Source of the DNA: a virus
DNA: 33,598 nt
Direction: 5' to 3' (one strand)
IMG/VR virus record: IMGVR_UViG_3300045988_096981
Location: 1-33,598 of that record
The position numbers and the translations under genes are program-made. The notes beneath the pieces are model-generated. The model did not search any database. It was given only the letters and a program-made list of their open reading frames with translations, and had not been told where the DNA came from. This document shows, piece after piece, positions 5,835 to 14,042 of this stretch. The first letter of the stretch is position 1; each line of letters starts with the position of its first letter.

Positions 5835-7426
5835 TAGAATGCGTACACTTCCTCTCCGTTATAGACTGATCTGTCATATTGAGCGAACATATAAACTTTA
5901 GTTTTTCTGACTTTTAATTTAGTAGTTAATTTACTATCGCTTAATTTCTGAGATATTGCGATAATTTGATAAACTCCGCTTGCCAGTCGAGTATCTAGTT
6001 TAATCGAATCCCCTATTTGCATAGACGGTGAACCCTTAACCTCTAATTCCAGCATCGGGCTGTATGTTGCATAGCCTCTAAATACTGACTGTGTGAATGC
6101 TCTTGCGTTTTCATAGTTTCCAAAAAATGGGTTGTCGTTTATTTCTAGAAGATAATCTTCATCATCGCTCCAGTTGTCGTCAAAGGCTTCATAGTCCAAT
6201 TCATCAATTTGCTTTGATGGCTCGCCCCACAAAAATACACGGTCGATTTCAACAGGATAAAATAAATCACTCGTAAAGGTTAATATCGCTTTGCTAGGTG
6301 TTAACTTTAGCGAGCATTTCACGCCTCGATCGACCTCGACGCCGTTAGCGGTTTTTGCTGTGAACCATGATACATCAGCATTCTCGCCCAATTTTGGCTC
6401 AATTAAATCAGCGCACGGGTCAGACAAACTAACTTCACGCACAATTGGTAGTCCACGTTTTACAACCCAAAGATTGTCTGTATTTTTACCGCTCGAGGTC
6501 TTTTCTGCAACCATCTGATACGGTGCAATAACACGAATAGGCGTTTTGATTTTAATGTGATTAACAATACCAGAACTCTTCGAGGGTGTTATCGATATTA
6601 CATTATCGTCATCTAGTTTATAGTGAATGTTTTCTGCGACATCGGAACCGCGTCCTTTGAATCTGATTAGCCCTTCCTCATCTTGCCATAATCTACCATT
6701 CTCAGCTTGAACCAATTTTTTAACAATATCAGCTAACGAGTCGTTTTTGTTTGGGAAAAATATAGGGATAATATTTGTTGCTCCTGAAAAGGTAAACTGA
6801 TGTGGTGCAAACCCTAGTCCTTTGAATATCTCAGTTAAAATATAGTCTGTTTTTTTATAAGCCATCGGCGGTAATTCAGGCAAAGGCTGAGATAATGCCC
6901 AGTTAAGAAAGTCGAAAGCCGAAACTGAGGCTTCTGCTTTTCCTGGCTCTGCATCAGGTAGCATATTAGTAAGCCCCACGAATTGTGGCACATTCTCTTC
7001 GCCAAATCCGAGCCACGCTCGTGTCGGAATGTTTGGCTTAATATATTTCGCGATTGGACTGTTTGAATATGGCACAAAATAACCGTCGTGATTAGCTAAT
7101 TCAAAATCAGCAATCGCTGACTGCACTGAATACGGAAATTCAACAGAACGATTAACCGCAATCGACTTAATCCTATTTGATATATCGTTATAAGCATAGG
7201 TGTCCCATATCTGGACAGGAGGCTGACTTGCGATATCTGACGCATATAAATCACCACCTCCATATGTCGATTGGTCGTATACTCCCCATGAGATATTTTC
7301 ATTTCGAGTTTTGTCCCACGCCATAGCAACACGCCACGTGAGTGGTCTAACCCAAGATTTCGCCAGTTTCTTAAACCTATCGCTAGTAACTAACATCTTA
7401 TTGTCCCACGTTCTGCCCAGTCTCAA
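5834..7426 (-). CDS. Tail tip / baseplate hub protein (Dit/Tal position, 530 aa)
   Basis: Large ORF two genes downstream of the tape measure protein. The call rests on gene order only. Confidence 0.5.
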   Translation of the reverse strand: MRLGRTWDNKMLVTSDRFKKLAKSWVRPLTWRVAMAWDKTRNENISWGVYDQSTYGGGDLYASDIASQPPVQIWDTYAYNDISNRIKSIAVNRSVEFPYSVQSAIADFELANHDGYFVPYSNSPIAKYIKPNIPTRAWLGFGEENVPQFVGLTNMLPDAEPGKAEASVSAFDFLNWALSQPLPELPPMAYKKTDYILTEIFKGLGFAPHQFTFSGATNIIPIFFPNKNDSLADIVKKLVQAENGRLWQDEEGLIRFKGRGSDVAENIHYKLDDDNVISITPSKSSGIVNHIKIKTPIRVIAPYQMVAEKTSSGKNTDNLWVVKRGLPIVREVSLSDPCADLIEPKLGENADVSWFTAKTANGVEVDRGVKCSLKLTPSKAILTFTSDLFYPVEIDRVFLWGEPSKQIDELDYEAFDDNWSDDEDYLLEINDNPFFGNYENARAFTQSVFRGYATYSPMLELEVKGSPSMQIGDSIKLDTRLASGVYQIIAISQKLSDSKLTTKLKVRKTKVYMFAQYDRSVYNGEEVYAF

Positions 7427-7784
7427 CCATTGTTAAAGTAATACCTTCTATATCACCGCACAGGTTTATGACGTCTTTTTTACTGATAGAAATCTTCACT
7501 GGGATATTAGTAGCTGAGCCGTCAGATAATGTAAGTAGTGGATATCTATTAGCCGTATATTGCCTTTGAACAAAGCCCCACAATTCAGCGAATTCATCTG
7601 CTGTTAAATGTCCAAAAGTATTAGTCCACACTCTTTTATGATAAACATAGTCTGTATATACATTTCCCGACAGAACAGTAACATCAGTCTCTCCAAAATT
7701 AGAATTCTCAGAAAATGGGCTTGAAATGTATTCATGATTCCAAGTTTTTGAAGTTGTAGAATCGGTTAATGTCATCTCTTTCAT
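7398..7784 (-). CDS. Minor tail protein (128 aa) immediately after the tape measure
   Basis: Assigned by position. It overlaps the TMP stop by 4 nt. Confidence 0.45.
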   Translation of the reverse strand: MKEMTLTDSTTSKTWNHEYISSPFSENSNFGETDVTVLSGNVYTDYVYHKRVWTNTFGHLTADEFAELWGFVQRQYTANRYPLLTLSDGSATNIPVKISISKKDVINLCGDIEGITLTMVETGQNVGQ

Positions 7785-10303
7785 GCGAACCTCGCTTTCT
7801 GGCTCTGTTCAAACGCCTGCATAATTTGGTCAGCAACTTTTCGCCTTTCGTCTGGAGAAGTTGCAAAGACACCGCTTACATTGATGGTGATTTGTTGTGA
7901 TGGCTGCGCGTTAGTTTCTTTTAGTACTTTAGTAAACGTATCTGCCATAATTTTTTGCGGTGTAACGATTTCTGGGTTAGCCTTAGCTCCTAGATATTCA
8001 CCAGCAATAACAGGTGTAGCTGTAGTTAGAACACCACCCTTTGCTAGCCTTGGAAGACTGAACCTCTGAATGTTAGGTATGTGAACATTAGGAATCTTAT
8101 TGATGATATTTAAGGCTCCATTTAATAGATCTATAGGCTTGTTTATGACCCTCTCGATTTGCGCTATCAAGCCGTTTATCAAGCCTTTACCGATACTCAC
8201 AGCACCATTCCAAACTTTAACTCCAATGTCTGCCGCCCAAGAGCTAAATTGACCTAGAGATTCGCGCATTGGCTTCCAGAATCGACCACTTCCAAAATCG
8301 AAGAAGTCAACAATTGCTCGCGCCATATCATCTATGAAGTTTTTGAACGTATATTTTGCGTCATCTGCCTGTTGCTGATCGAGCGTCTTCAGTTTATTAT
8401 TTAATTCTTCTCTCTGTTTTTTCAGCTTCTCTAAGGTCTCTCCATTATTTGCAAGAATACCCGCATTTGTTTCGGCATTATTAGATAGAGCGTCTTGTTT
8501 TTGTTGTTGAAGTGTAGCTAATTGTTCATCGCGTCGCTCTTTGAGGCTTTCAATCTCATCAAGCTTAATCATATTTTGAACACTAGCTAAATCAGCACGG
8601 TGCTTATTCTGGAATGCTAATTCAGTATTGAGTTGTTGTTGTAAGTCAGCAAGTTTCTGGTCTCTCTTGAGTTTGTCTGCATTATTTTCAGCGTTTAGTT
8701 TTTCTTGATTTGCCGCAAATTGTGCATCGTACAACGCCTGCTCTTTGTCCAATGCGAATTGTAACTCAGTGAGCTTTTGAGCATTATAAGAATTGTTGAA
8801 GTTTTGCAAAAACCTAATCTGATTTGTTAGAGCCTGAACCTTACTTTCGTGCTCTCTGATTTCCTCGACTTGAGATTTTCTAAATGAGGCGGAGCGTTTG
8901 GCTATTTCAGCGTCATAGTTAGCATTTTCCTCGGCAATTTGCTTGGTTAGGTCTTTAATTGTATCTTCATGTTTAACACGGATGTCATTTAAGTCTCGGC
9001 TATAATCTCGCCATATTTTAGCCGCTTGAGCCTCTAATTTGTCTAACTCTTTAGTAAGTTTTTTAGCGGATTTTGCTGCCTTATCCATGCCTTTAGACGA
9101 ACCGCCAGCAGATTTCTCAAGTAGCGCAATTTGCGCATCAACGCTCGCCAATTGAGATTTCAGACTTTCAGCACTCTCTCCGCTACCACCAGCCGCAGAA
9201 CCAAGCATTCCAAATGCTTGTGCTGCCATCACCGCACCTGCAGCGATTGCAGACAGTACTGCTATAATTGGGTGGCTTGAAAATGCTATCATAGCCGCTC
9301 GGGCTAATAGGAATCCTTTTTGCAATACAAATAACCCACCAGCAACAAGCGCGAATGTCGCAATCCCTGAGCCTGCAACTTGAATAACACCGCTAAACGG
9401 TGCTAATAGCGCACCAACAGCACCAGCTAGTCCTCCTACTGCGTTTAATACAGTCTCTATTCCTGCACCAACCCCAGCTAGTATCGCTCCGATATTGCTT
9501 GCTCCCAATCCTTGGATAAGGTTAGCCATTCCTCGAGCAATAGCAGTCTGCATGTTTGTAAATGAGGTCTGAAGACCGCCAGTCGCTTTTTCTGCCATTG
9601 AATCAAGAGATTCAAGACCTCCACCTCCATTGTGGTCTAGTTCTATGAGCTTTTGAGTAAGTTGCTCAGCAGATAGCTTACCCTCACTACCTAGCTCCTT
9701 GAGTGCGCCCATGGTAATGCCCATCTCTTTTGCGATAGCCTGCAAAACAGGTGTCATGCCTGAGTTTAGCAAGGAGTTAAACGTTTGAGCCTGAACAGCT
9801 CCACGTCCAAAATCCTGTGAGAGCTGAGTTATAGCATTGTCTACCATTGCACTGGTACCACCAAATGCTAGAATAGCGTCATTTATAGCCTTAAATGCTT
9901 GCTCTCCAGCAACCATTGAACCAGAAACAGCGACAAGACGTTGCACGCCTCTTACAGCTTCATCAAGAGACGTAGGTAGCCCTTTAATGTCAGCTTCGAG
10001 CTGTTTCATTGATGCGGAAACCTGCTCGCCAGACTGCCCCATTGCTCGGAATACACGAGCGGCATTATTTAGTGTGTCTACACGCCTTACAGCTCCACCA
10101 ATTGAGCTTGAAACGAGTCCTATGGCTTTATCTAAAAGTAACATTGAGGCGGCGGCACTCGCGCCTACAGCCAGACCTTTTTCTAAATTGGAGCCGTCCT
10201 TCTTAAGACCGTCAAGCTTTGATTTCACAGAACCAATATCAGCATCTAGCTTGTCTAAAGCTAGTCTAACATCATATGAAATCTCGCCAACGTTACTCAT
10301 CAA
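7781..10303 (-). CDS. Tail tape measure protein (likely start is the ATG at 10300)
   Basis: 840 aa. It has Gly/Ala-rich hydrophobic central segments and a long coiled-coil region, and it follows two chaperone-position ORFs. Confidence 0.9.
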   Translation of the reverse strand: MMSNVGEISYDVRLALDKLDADIGSVKSKLDGLKKDGSNLEKGLAVGASAAASMLLLDKAIGLVSSSIGGAVRRVDTLNNAARVFRAMGQSGEQVSASMKQLEADIKGLPTSLDEAVRGVQRLVAVSGSMVAGEQAFKAINDAILAFGGTSAMVDNAITQLSQDFGRGAVQAQTFNSLLNSGMTPVLQAIAKEMGITMGALKELGSEGKLSAEQLTQKLIELDHNGGGGLESLDSMAEKATGGLQTSFTNMQTAIARGMANLIQGLGASNIGAILAGVGAGIETVLNAVGGLAGAVGALLAPFSGVIQVAGSGIATFALVAGGLFVLQKGFLLARAAMIAFSSHPIIAVLSAIAAGAVMAAQAFGMLGSAAGGSGESAESLKSQLASVDAQIALLEKSAGGSSKGMDKAAKSAKKLTKELDKLEAQAAKIWRDYSRDLNDIRVKHEDTIKDLTKQIAEENANYDAEIAKRSASFRKSQVEEIREHESKVQALTNQIRFLQNFNNSYNAQKLTELQFALDKEQALYDAQFAANQEKLNAENNADKLKRDQKLADLQQQLNTELAFQNKHRADLASVQNMIKLDEIESLKERRDEQLATLQQQKQDALSNNAETNAGILANNGETLEKLKKQREELNNKLKTLDQQQADDAKYTFKNFIDDMARAIVDFFDFGSGRFWKPMRESLGQFSSWAADIGVKVWNGAVSIGKGLINGLIAQIERVINKPIDLLNGALNIINKIPNVHIPNIQRFSLPRLAKGGVLTTATPVIAGEYLGAKANPEIVTPQKIMADTFTKVLKETNAQPSQQITINVSGVFATSPDERRKVADQIMQAFEQSQKARFA

Positions 10304-10703
10304 ATGCTATCTCCGACCTCTTCTTCAAATCTTTCTCTAATGCACTAAAACCCTCTTTGGAAAACGCACCAGCAGTTGCATAATAAGTTGCTGATTGATT
10401 CTTAGCAGTCATTTGATTATGTACAGCGTCTGCGGCGTCAATCAGCATCAAAGCCTCGTCTAAAGTGAACGGAACGAGAACTTTCTCGAAACTGTCACCA
10501 TTCTTCTCGAATGATTCAATATACCCACGCTTCACTGCCTCGACAGCACCCCAGCCGAGATATACACCTAATTTAGCGATAATCCACATCTCAGGTGCGA
10601 CTTTCGCTCCAGTAGCTTGTCGTGTAGTACGCTCCTTGTATCGCTGCTCAACACGTGCCTTTTCTTCAGGAGTAAGTAAGTCTTTTAAGTTGACTACTGC
10701 CAC
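10293..10703 (-). CDS. Tail assembly chaperone-position protein (136 aa, GTG start)
   Basis: It lies between the major tail protein and the TMP. The GTG start overlaps the upstream TAG (TAGTG). Confidence 0.55.
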   Translation of the reverse strand: MAVVNLKDLLTPEEKARVEQRYKERTTRQATGAKVAPEMWIIAKLGVYLGWGAVEAVKRGYIESFEKNGDSFEKVLVPFTLDEALMLIDAADAVHNQMTAKNQSATYYATAGAFSKEGFSALEKDLKKRSEIAFDE

Positions 10704-11116
10704 TATTTACGCCTACTTTCTCGGTTAGAAAAAATGTCATTAAACAAATCCTGAATAGCTAAACTAGACAGACTGCCTAGCATTTCCATTGCTTTTTTAG
10801 AATCATCGAAACAGCCAGCATAAATCTTAATTTCTTTTTCTGCAAGCTCTTCACGTTCTGCTAAAAGCTTGTTGCCGCGGTCTACTTTCTCGACAACACT
10901 CTTGTCGTCGTCTTTGATTTTTGACCTGTCAATCTTCTGAATTTCTGCCTGTAGTGCCATTAGCTCATTTATAGCTTTGACAGATAATCGTGTAATCTTA
11001 TTAATCTCTAGGCTTTCATTTGACCCTAGCGGACGTACTTTTAATACTCCATACGGTTCACCGAAATCAACCTCTTTATAGCCTTGATATTTTGATAGAT
11101 TTAATTTAATTGTCAT
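10703..11116 (-). CDS. Tail assembly chaperone-position protein (137 aa)
   Basis: Assigned by gene order. An AAAGGA RBS precedes the ATG at 11116. Confidence 0.55.
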   Translation of the reverse strand: MTIKLNLSKYQGYKEVDFGEPYGVLKVRPLGSNESLEINKITRLSVKAINELMALQAEIQKIDRSKIKDDDKSVVEKVDRGNKLLAEREELAEKEIKIYAGCFDDSKKAMEMLGSLSSLAIQDLFNDIFSNRESRRK

Positions 11117-11135
11117 ATTATTTATCCTTTCATCT

Positions 11136-11160
11136 TATAATTTTGAAGTTTTATCGTGAG
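11136..11160. repeat. 25-nt intergenic motif, copy B (TATAATTTTGAAGTTTTATCGTGAG)
   Basis: 23 of 25 nt match 1939-1963. It also contains the iteron 12-mer ATTTTGAAGTTT (11140-11151). Confidence 0.7.
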
Positions 11161-11182
11161 TATAGGGACTTTTGGTGCAAGA

Positions 11183-11198
11183 TGTGATAATGTATAAT
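11183..11198 (+). promoter_or_regulatory. Plus-strand -10 region for the reverse-oriented moron (overlapping TGTGATAAT and TATAAT)
   Basis: TGnGATAAT lies at 11183-11191 and TATAAT at 11193-11198, 33 nt upstream of the ATG at 11231. The -35 is weak. Confidence 0.5.
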
Positions 11199-11230
11199 CA
11201 TTAAATTAAATTTCAATGAGGCATGTATAA

Positions 11231-11764
11231 ATGGACGAAAAAATTATTAAAAAATTGTCGCAAGAGGACGCCGACAAGCTACATTCATTAAGAAAGCAGC
11301 TTGACAACGGAACGCTCGACCAAAAAACTTACAATAAGAGATATAAGAAACTCTCACAAGACCTAAACTGGAAATATCAACCTAAGGGCGTAAAGATGAT
11401 ACCTAAAATTATCGGTCTTGCACTTCTGGCTATGCTCATAGCAGGTGCTTTAATGCAAGCTCTAGACCCTCAATCTGGGAAAATAACAGGCACGGCTTCC
11501 GCGCTCGCAGAGCAGTACGACGTCGCTAATATGGTTACTAACTTCGAGCTAACAAACTCATCAGACAAAGACATGAATGCAACATGTAAAATTACTCTAC
11601 AGCCTTCAGACAAAACAAATCCTACAGTCACTAAAGAATACTCATTCGATAAAGTCCCGGCAAATTCTACAAAAAAATATCAAGTAATCATTCCACGAGT
11701 TCATTTCAATGCTGCATATGTGGTTGAAAAAGATACGAAACTAGACTGTCGCAAGAAATATTAG
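11231..11764 (+). CDS. Membrane-anchored protein (moron). It has an N-terminal cytoplasmic coil, one TM and an extracytoplasmic beta-rich domain.
   Basis: 177 aa with the TM segment IIGLALLAMLIAGALMQAL. It is oriented opposite to the whole tail operon and carries its own -10 and terminator. Confidence 0.75.
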   Translation: MDEKIIKKLSQEDADKLHSLRKQLDNGTLDQKTYNKRYKKLSQDLNWKYQPKGVKMIPKIIGLALLAMLIAGALMQALDPQSGKITGTASALAEQYDVANMVTNFELTNSSDKDMNATCKITLQPSDKTNPTVTKEYSFDKVPANSTKKYQVIIPRVHFNAAYVVEKDTKLDCRKKY

Positions 11765-11770
11765 ATAACA

Positions 11771-11796
11771 AAATACCACTCAAACGAGTGGTATTT
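11771..11796. terminator. Bidirectional intrinsic terminator between the moron and the major tail gene
   Basis: AAATACCACTC-AAAC-GAGTGGTATTT gives a 9-11 bp stem flanked by an A-run and a T-run. Confidence 0.75.
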
Positions 11797-11814
11797 CTAG
11801 CAGACAGGCTTTTA

Positions 11815-12384
11815 CTATTCAAGTGGTTTCACTGTTTGAATTTGAGGGTCGTATTTACCCTTTTTATCTTTCAGACCTGGTCCATAGCGGAAGAAGCCCT
11901 TAGCTGTGCGGTTCATCTGGAATGTCAATTCTAGGGTTGAATCGTCTCCACTAGCTGAAAATGTAGTATCGAAGCTGTCTGGTAGCGTTACACTATATAC
12001 GTGAACGTCAAAGTCGTCATTAGCTTCACAGACTGGGTGAATATGCAATGGAACGGTAGTTGCAGAACTTGCACAAGCTCCAGCACCCCAGGTTACACTA
12101 CCAACTGTCTGTTTTGTGCCTGATGCTGCTTCATATAGTCCAGCGTAAACAGCCTTGACACTTTCTGGACCAGCCAAATAAAGAGTAAGTGTTACTTCTG
12201 ATGTATCAGCTCGACCGCTTGGACGACGGATTGTGCCACCTTGAGTTTCAGTTTCTGTTGTACCACCTTCATATTTAACGGCGATGTCTCCCAGCATGTC
12301 TTGTGGGATTACTAGCTGACCTAAATAGACTTCTTTTGGTCCATTCTGCTTTGCTAGTGCTTTTTTGAACTCTTCTACGTTCAT
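11815..12384 (-). CDS. Major tail protein (189 aa)
   Basis: It sits between the neck genes and the chaperone/TMP genes and has a strong AAGGAGG RBS. Gene order only. Confidence 0.65.
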   Translation of the reverse strand: MNVEEFKKALAKQNGPKEVYLGQLVIPQDMLGDIAVKYEGGTTETETQGGTIRRPSGRADTSEVTLTLYLAGPESVKAVYAGLYEAASGTKQTVGSVTWGAGACASSATTVPLHIHPVCEANDDFDVHVYSVTLPDSFDTTFSASGDDSTLELTFQMNRTAKGFFRYGPGLKDKKGKYDPQIQTVKPLE

Positions 12385-12395
12385 ATTTCCTCCTT

Positions 12396-12791
12396 TTAGT
12401 TAACTCTTGCAAGCCCCGTTATTGCGTAAATCATTCTGCCCTGAGTATCCCTTTCGACAGATGTTGGCGTTGATATTGATTCAAAAACCACACAATCAAA
12501 GCCTTCGTCTGTGTAACTGGTCTCAGGTAGAGATATACTCACGCCGAGCTTATTAGATAGAAATTCAGATATTCTAGCCAATCTCTCGTATCCGTCCAAA
12601 TCATCTGTTCCTCGTGAATAAAGTTCAAATGAGTATGTAGGACGAACGCCTCTCGACTGGTTGCCGCCTATATCAGAGATATAAACGCCTTTCCTGTCGA
12701 GAGTGAGCTTATTCCAGAATAGATCTTTATCAATTTCACCGAATTCGTTGTTTTCTAGATATTTAAGAAGCGACAGTGAAAAAACTTTCAT
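12396..12791 (-). CDS. Tail completion / tail terminator-position protein (131 aa)
   Basis: Gene order only. Confidence 0.5.
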   Translation of the reverse strand: MKVFSLSLLKYLENNEFGEIDKDLFWNKLTLDRKGVYISDIGGNQSRGVRPTYSFELYSRGTDDLDGYERLARISEFLSNKLGVSISLPETSYTDEGFDCVVFESISTPTSVERDTQGRMIYAITGLARVN

Positions 12792-13114
12792 CGAAGACCT
12801 CCCTTAAAATCAATCTGTTTCTTTACGCTCTCACCTGCTTTTTCTAGATAATTCAGTGTTTGTGGGTGCTTTTTGTTTTCATAGTGGCGACGTTTTGCGT
12901 ATGGAACATCACCGCCACCAAATACAACACTTGTAGTATCACCATTATCTACTAGTCGTACGCTTTGCTTCAGCGCTCCAGTATCAACTGGTGCTAGCAT
13001 TTGCGCTCGTGACATTATAGCCTGAGCAATACCCTTTCTCTTGTTTTTAGCGTTCACTGCTTGAATTCTCTGCCAAGCGTCAATATTATTCTTGATCTTC
13101 ATCATAGCCTCCAT
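12788..13114 (-). CDS. HK97 gp10-like neck/tail component (the likely start is an internal ATG at 13102)
   Basis: The motif MLAPVDTGALKQSVRL...VPYAKRRHYEN resembles the HK97 gp10 family signature. Confidence 0.65.
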   Translation of the reverse strand: MEAMMKIKNNIDAWQRIQAVNAKNKRKGIAQAIMSRAQMLAPVDTGALKQSVRLVDNGDTTSVVFGGGDVPYAKRRHYENKKHPQTLNYLEKAGESVKKQIDFKGGLR

Positions 13115-13454
13115 AGTCTGCGCGCTCCAGAGTTAGAGTGTAATGCTCTAATGTGTCTGTATCGAAATTCATGCCAGCAGTCGCACCTACAATTTGATAA
13201 GAAGCTCCATTGACTCTAACGCCATGACCTACAAACATGTTAGTACTTGTAAAGTCTATAAAATCGACAGGCTTTACGTGCAGTGTCGCGGTCGAATCAG
13301 TTGTTTGAATGTTGTTTGATGTCGTAACTCCACTACGCTGCTTAAAAACGCCAGATAAGCCCTTGCGGTGATTTACAAGGTCGCCACGCACCGTTCCTTT
13401 GGTAACTTCCAAAAAAATGTAAGGAGTCGACTTAAATACATCGAATACGGTCAT
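13086..13454 (-). CDS. Head-tail adaptor / head closure-position protein (122 aa)
   Basis: Gene order only. Confidence 0.5.
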   Translation of the reverse strand: MTVFDVFKSTPYIFLEVTKGTVRGDLVNHRKGLSGVFKQRSGVTTSNNIQTTDSTATLHVKPVDFIDFTSTNMFVGHGVRVNGASYQIVGATAGMNFDTDTLEHYTLTLERADYGGYDEDQE

Positions 13455-14022
13455 TTCTTATCTCTCCTGAACGTAATATGATTTGACTACATTGACTGTA
13501 TTTATCAAGTATTGACTTATAGCTCTCAATAATCCTGTCAGTCTCGCTTGTCTTATCGTAAGTAATACTGAAGTCTTCGACCTTTTTAGAGGTAATCCTG
13601 TCGTCTCCGGCAAGTTTTACGGCAAACAGTTCAGATATAACTTGAGCTAGTTCTTCGGGAATTACTTTCAAACCAAATCCACCATGAACAGTTATTGCGT
13701 CAGTATGTTTTGTGGGCTTATTCAGTACTATGTTGTCGCAAAGCTGACTAGTGTTATCCCCTAGATACGTAGCAAAGTCGACTGAATTAGAGTTTACTTT
13801 AACAGATTGAATTTCAGAACAAAGACCAATAAATACAGACCTCATCCCGTCTCTACCCTGAAAAGTTCGCTCTTCTTCTATATAGCCGACTTTACTACAA
13901 ATTAACGCTTCAAGCTTACTGACAGCTATTCGCAATAGGTTATCAAAGTTGTCGCTTTCAAATGGAGTTAGGGAGCGTCGTAAATAGCCCTCAACTTGTT
14001 CTTTAGTCAAATTGTATTGCAT
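13432..14022 (-). CDS. Head-tail connector (gp6-like position, 196 aa)
   Basis: First gene after the capsid gene. Gene order only. Confidence 0.5.
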   Translation of the reverse strand: MQYNLTKEQVEGYLRRSLTPFESDNFDNLLRIAVSKLEALICSKVGYIEEERTFQGRDGMRSVFIGLCSEIQSVKVNSNSVDFATYLGDNTSQLCDNIVLNKPTKHTDAITVHGGFGLKVIPEELAQVISELFAVKLAGDDRITSKKVEDFSITYDKTSETDRIIESYKSILDKYSQCSQIILRSGEIRNDRIRCI

Positions 14023-14042
14023 ATCTCAACGCTCCCTTTCTA

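Noticed and set aside
6835-7332. Same-strand nested ORFs (6835-7077, 7096-7332, and likewise 17134-17547, 17827-18018, 18387-18593, 18924-19112, 20728-20937, 24919-25101)
   Set aside because: They are out-of-frame ORFs wholly inside larger, functionally supported genes.
9837-10340. Long plus-strand ORFs antisense to clear minus-strand genes (9837-10340, 14251-14667, 14734-15009, 1880-2272, 19361-19765, 21121-21426, 27066-27392, 30525-30812, 25676-25939 and similar)
   Set aside because: They lie entirely opposite well-supported genes. They lack RBSs and have low-complexity Ser/Leu/Pro/Cys-rich composition typical of shadow ORFs.
10690-10725. The canonical -1 programmed frameshift (gpG/gpGT type) between the two tail chaperone-position ORFs
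   Set aside because: The downstream ORF is in the -1 frame. However, that frame contains TAA, TAG and TAA stops within the last 25 nt before its GTG. No X-XXY-YYZ heptamer lies in the zero frame. A fusion product cannot be made at this junction.
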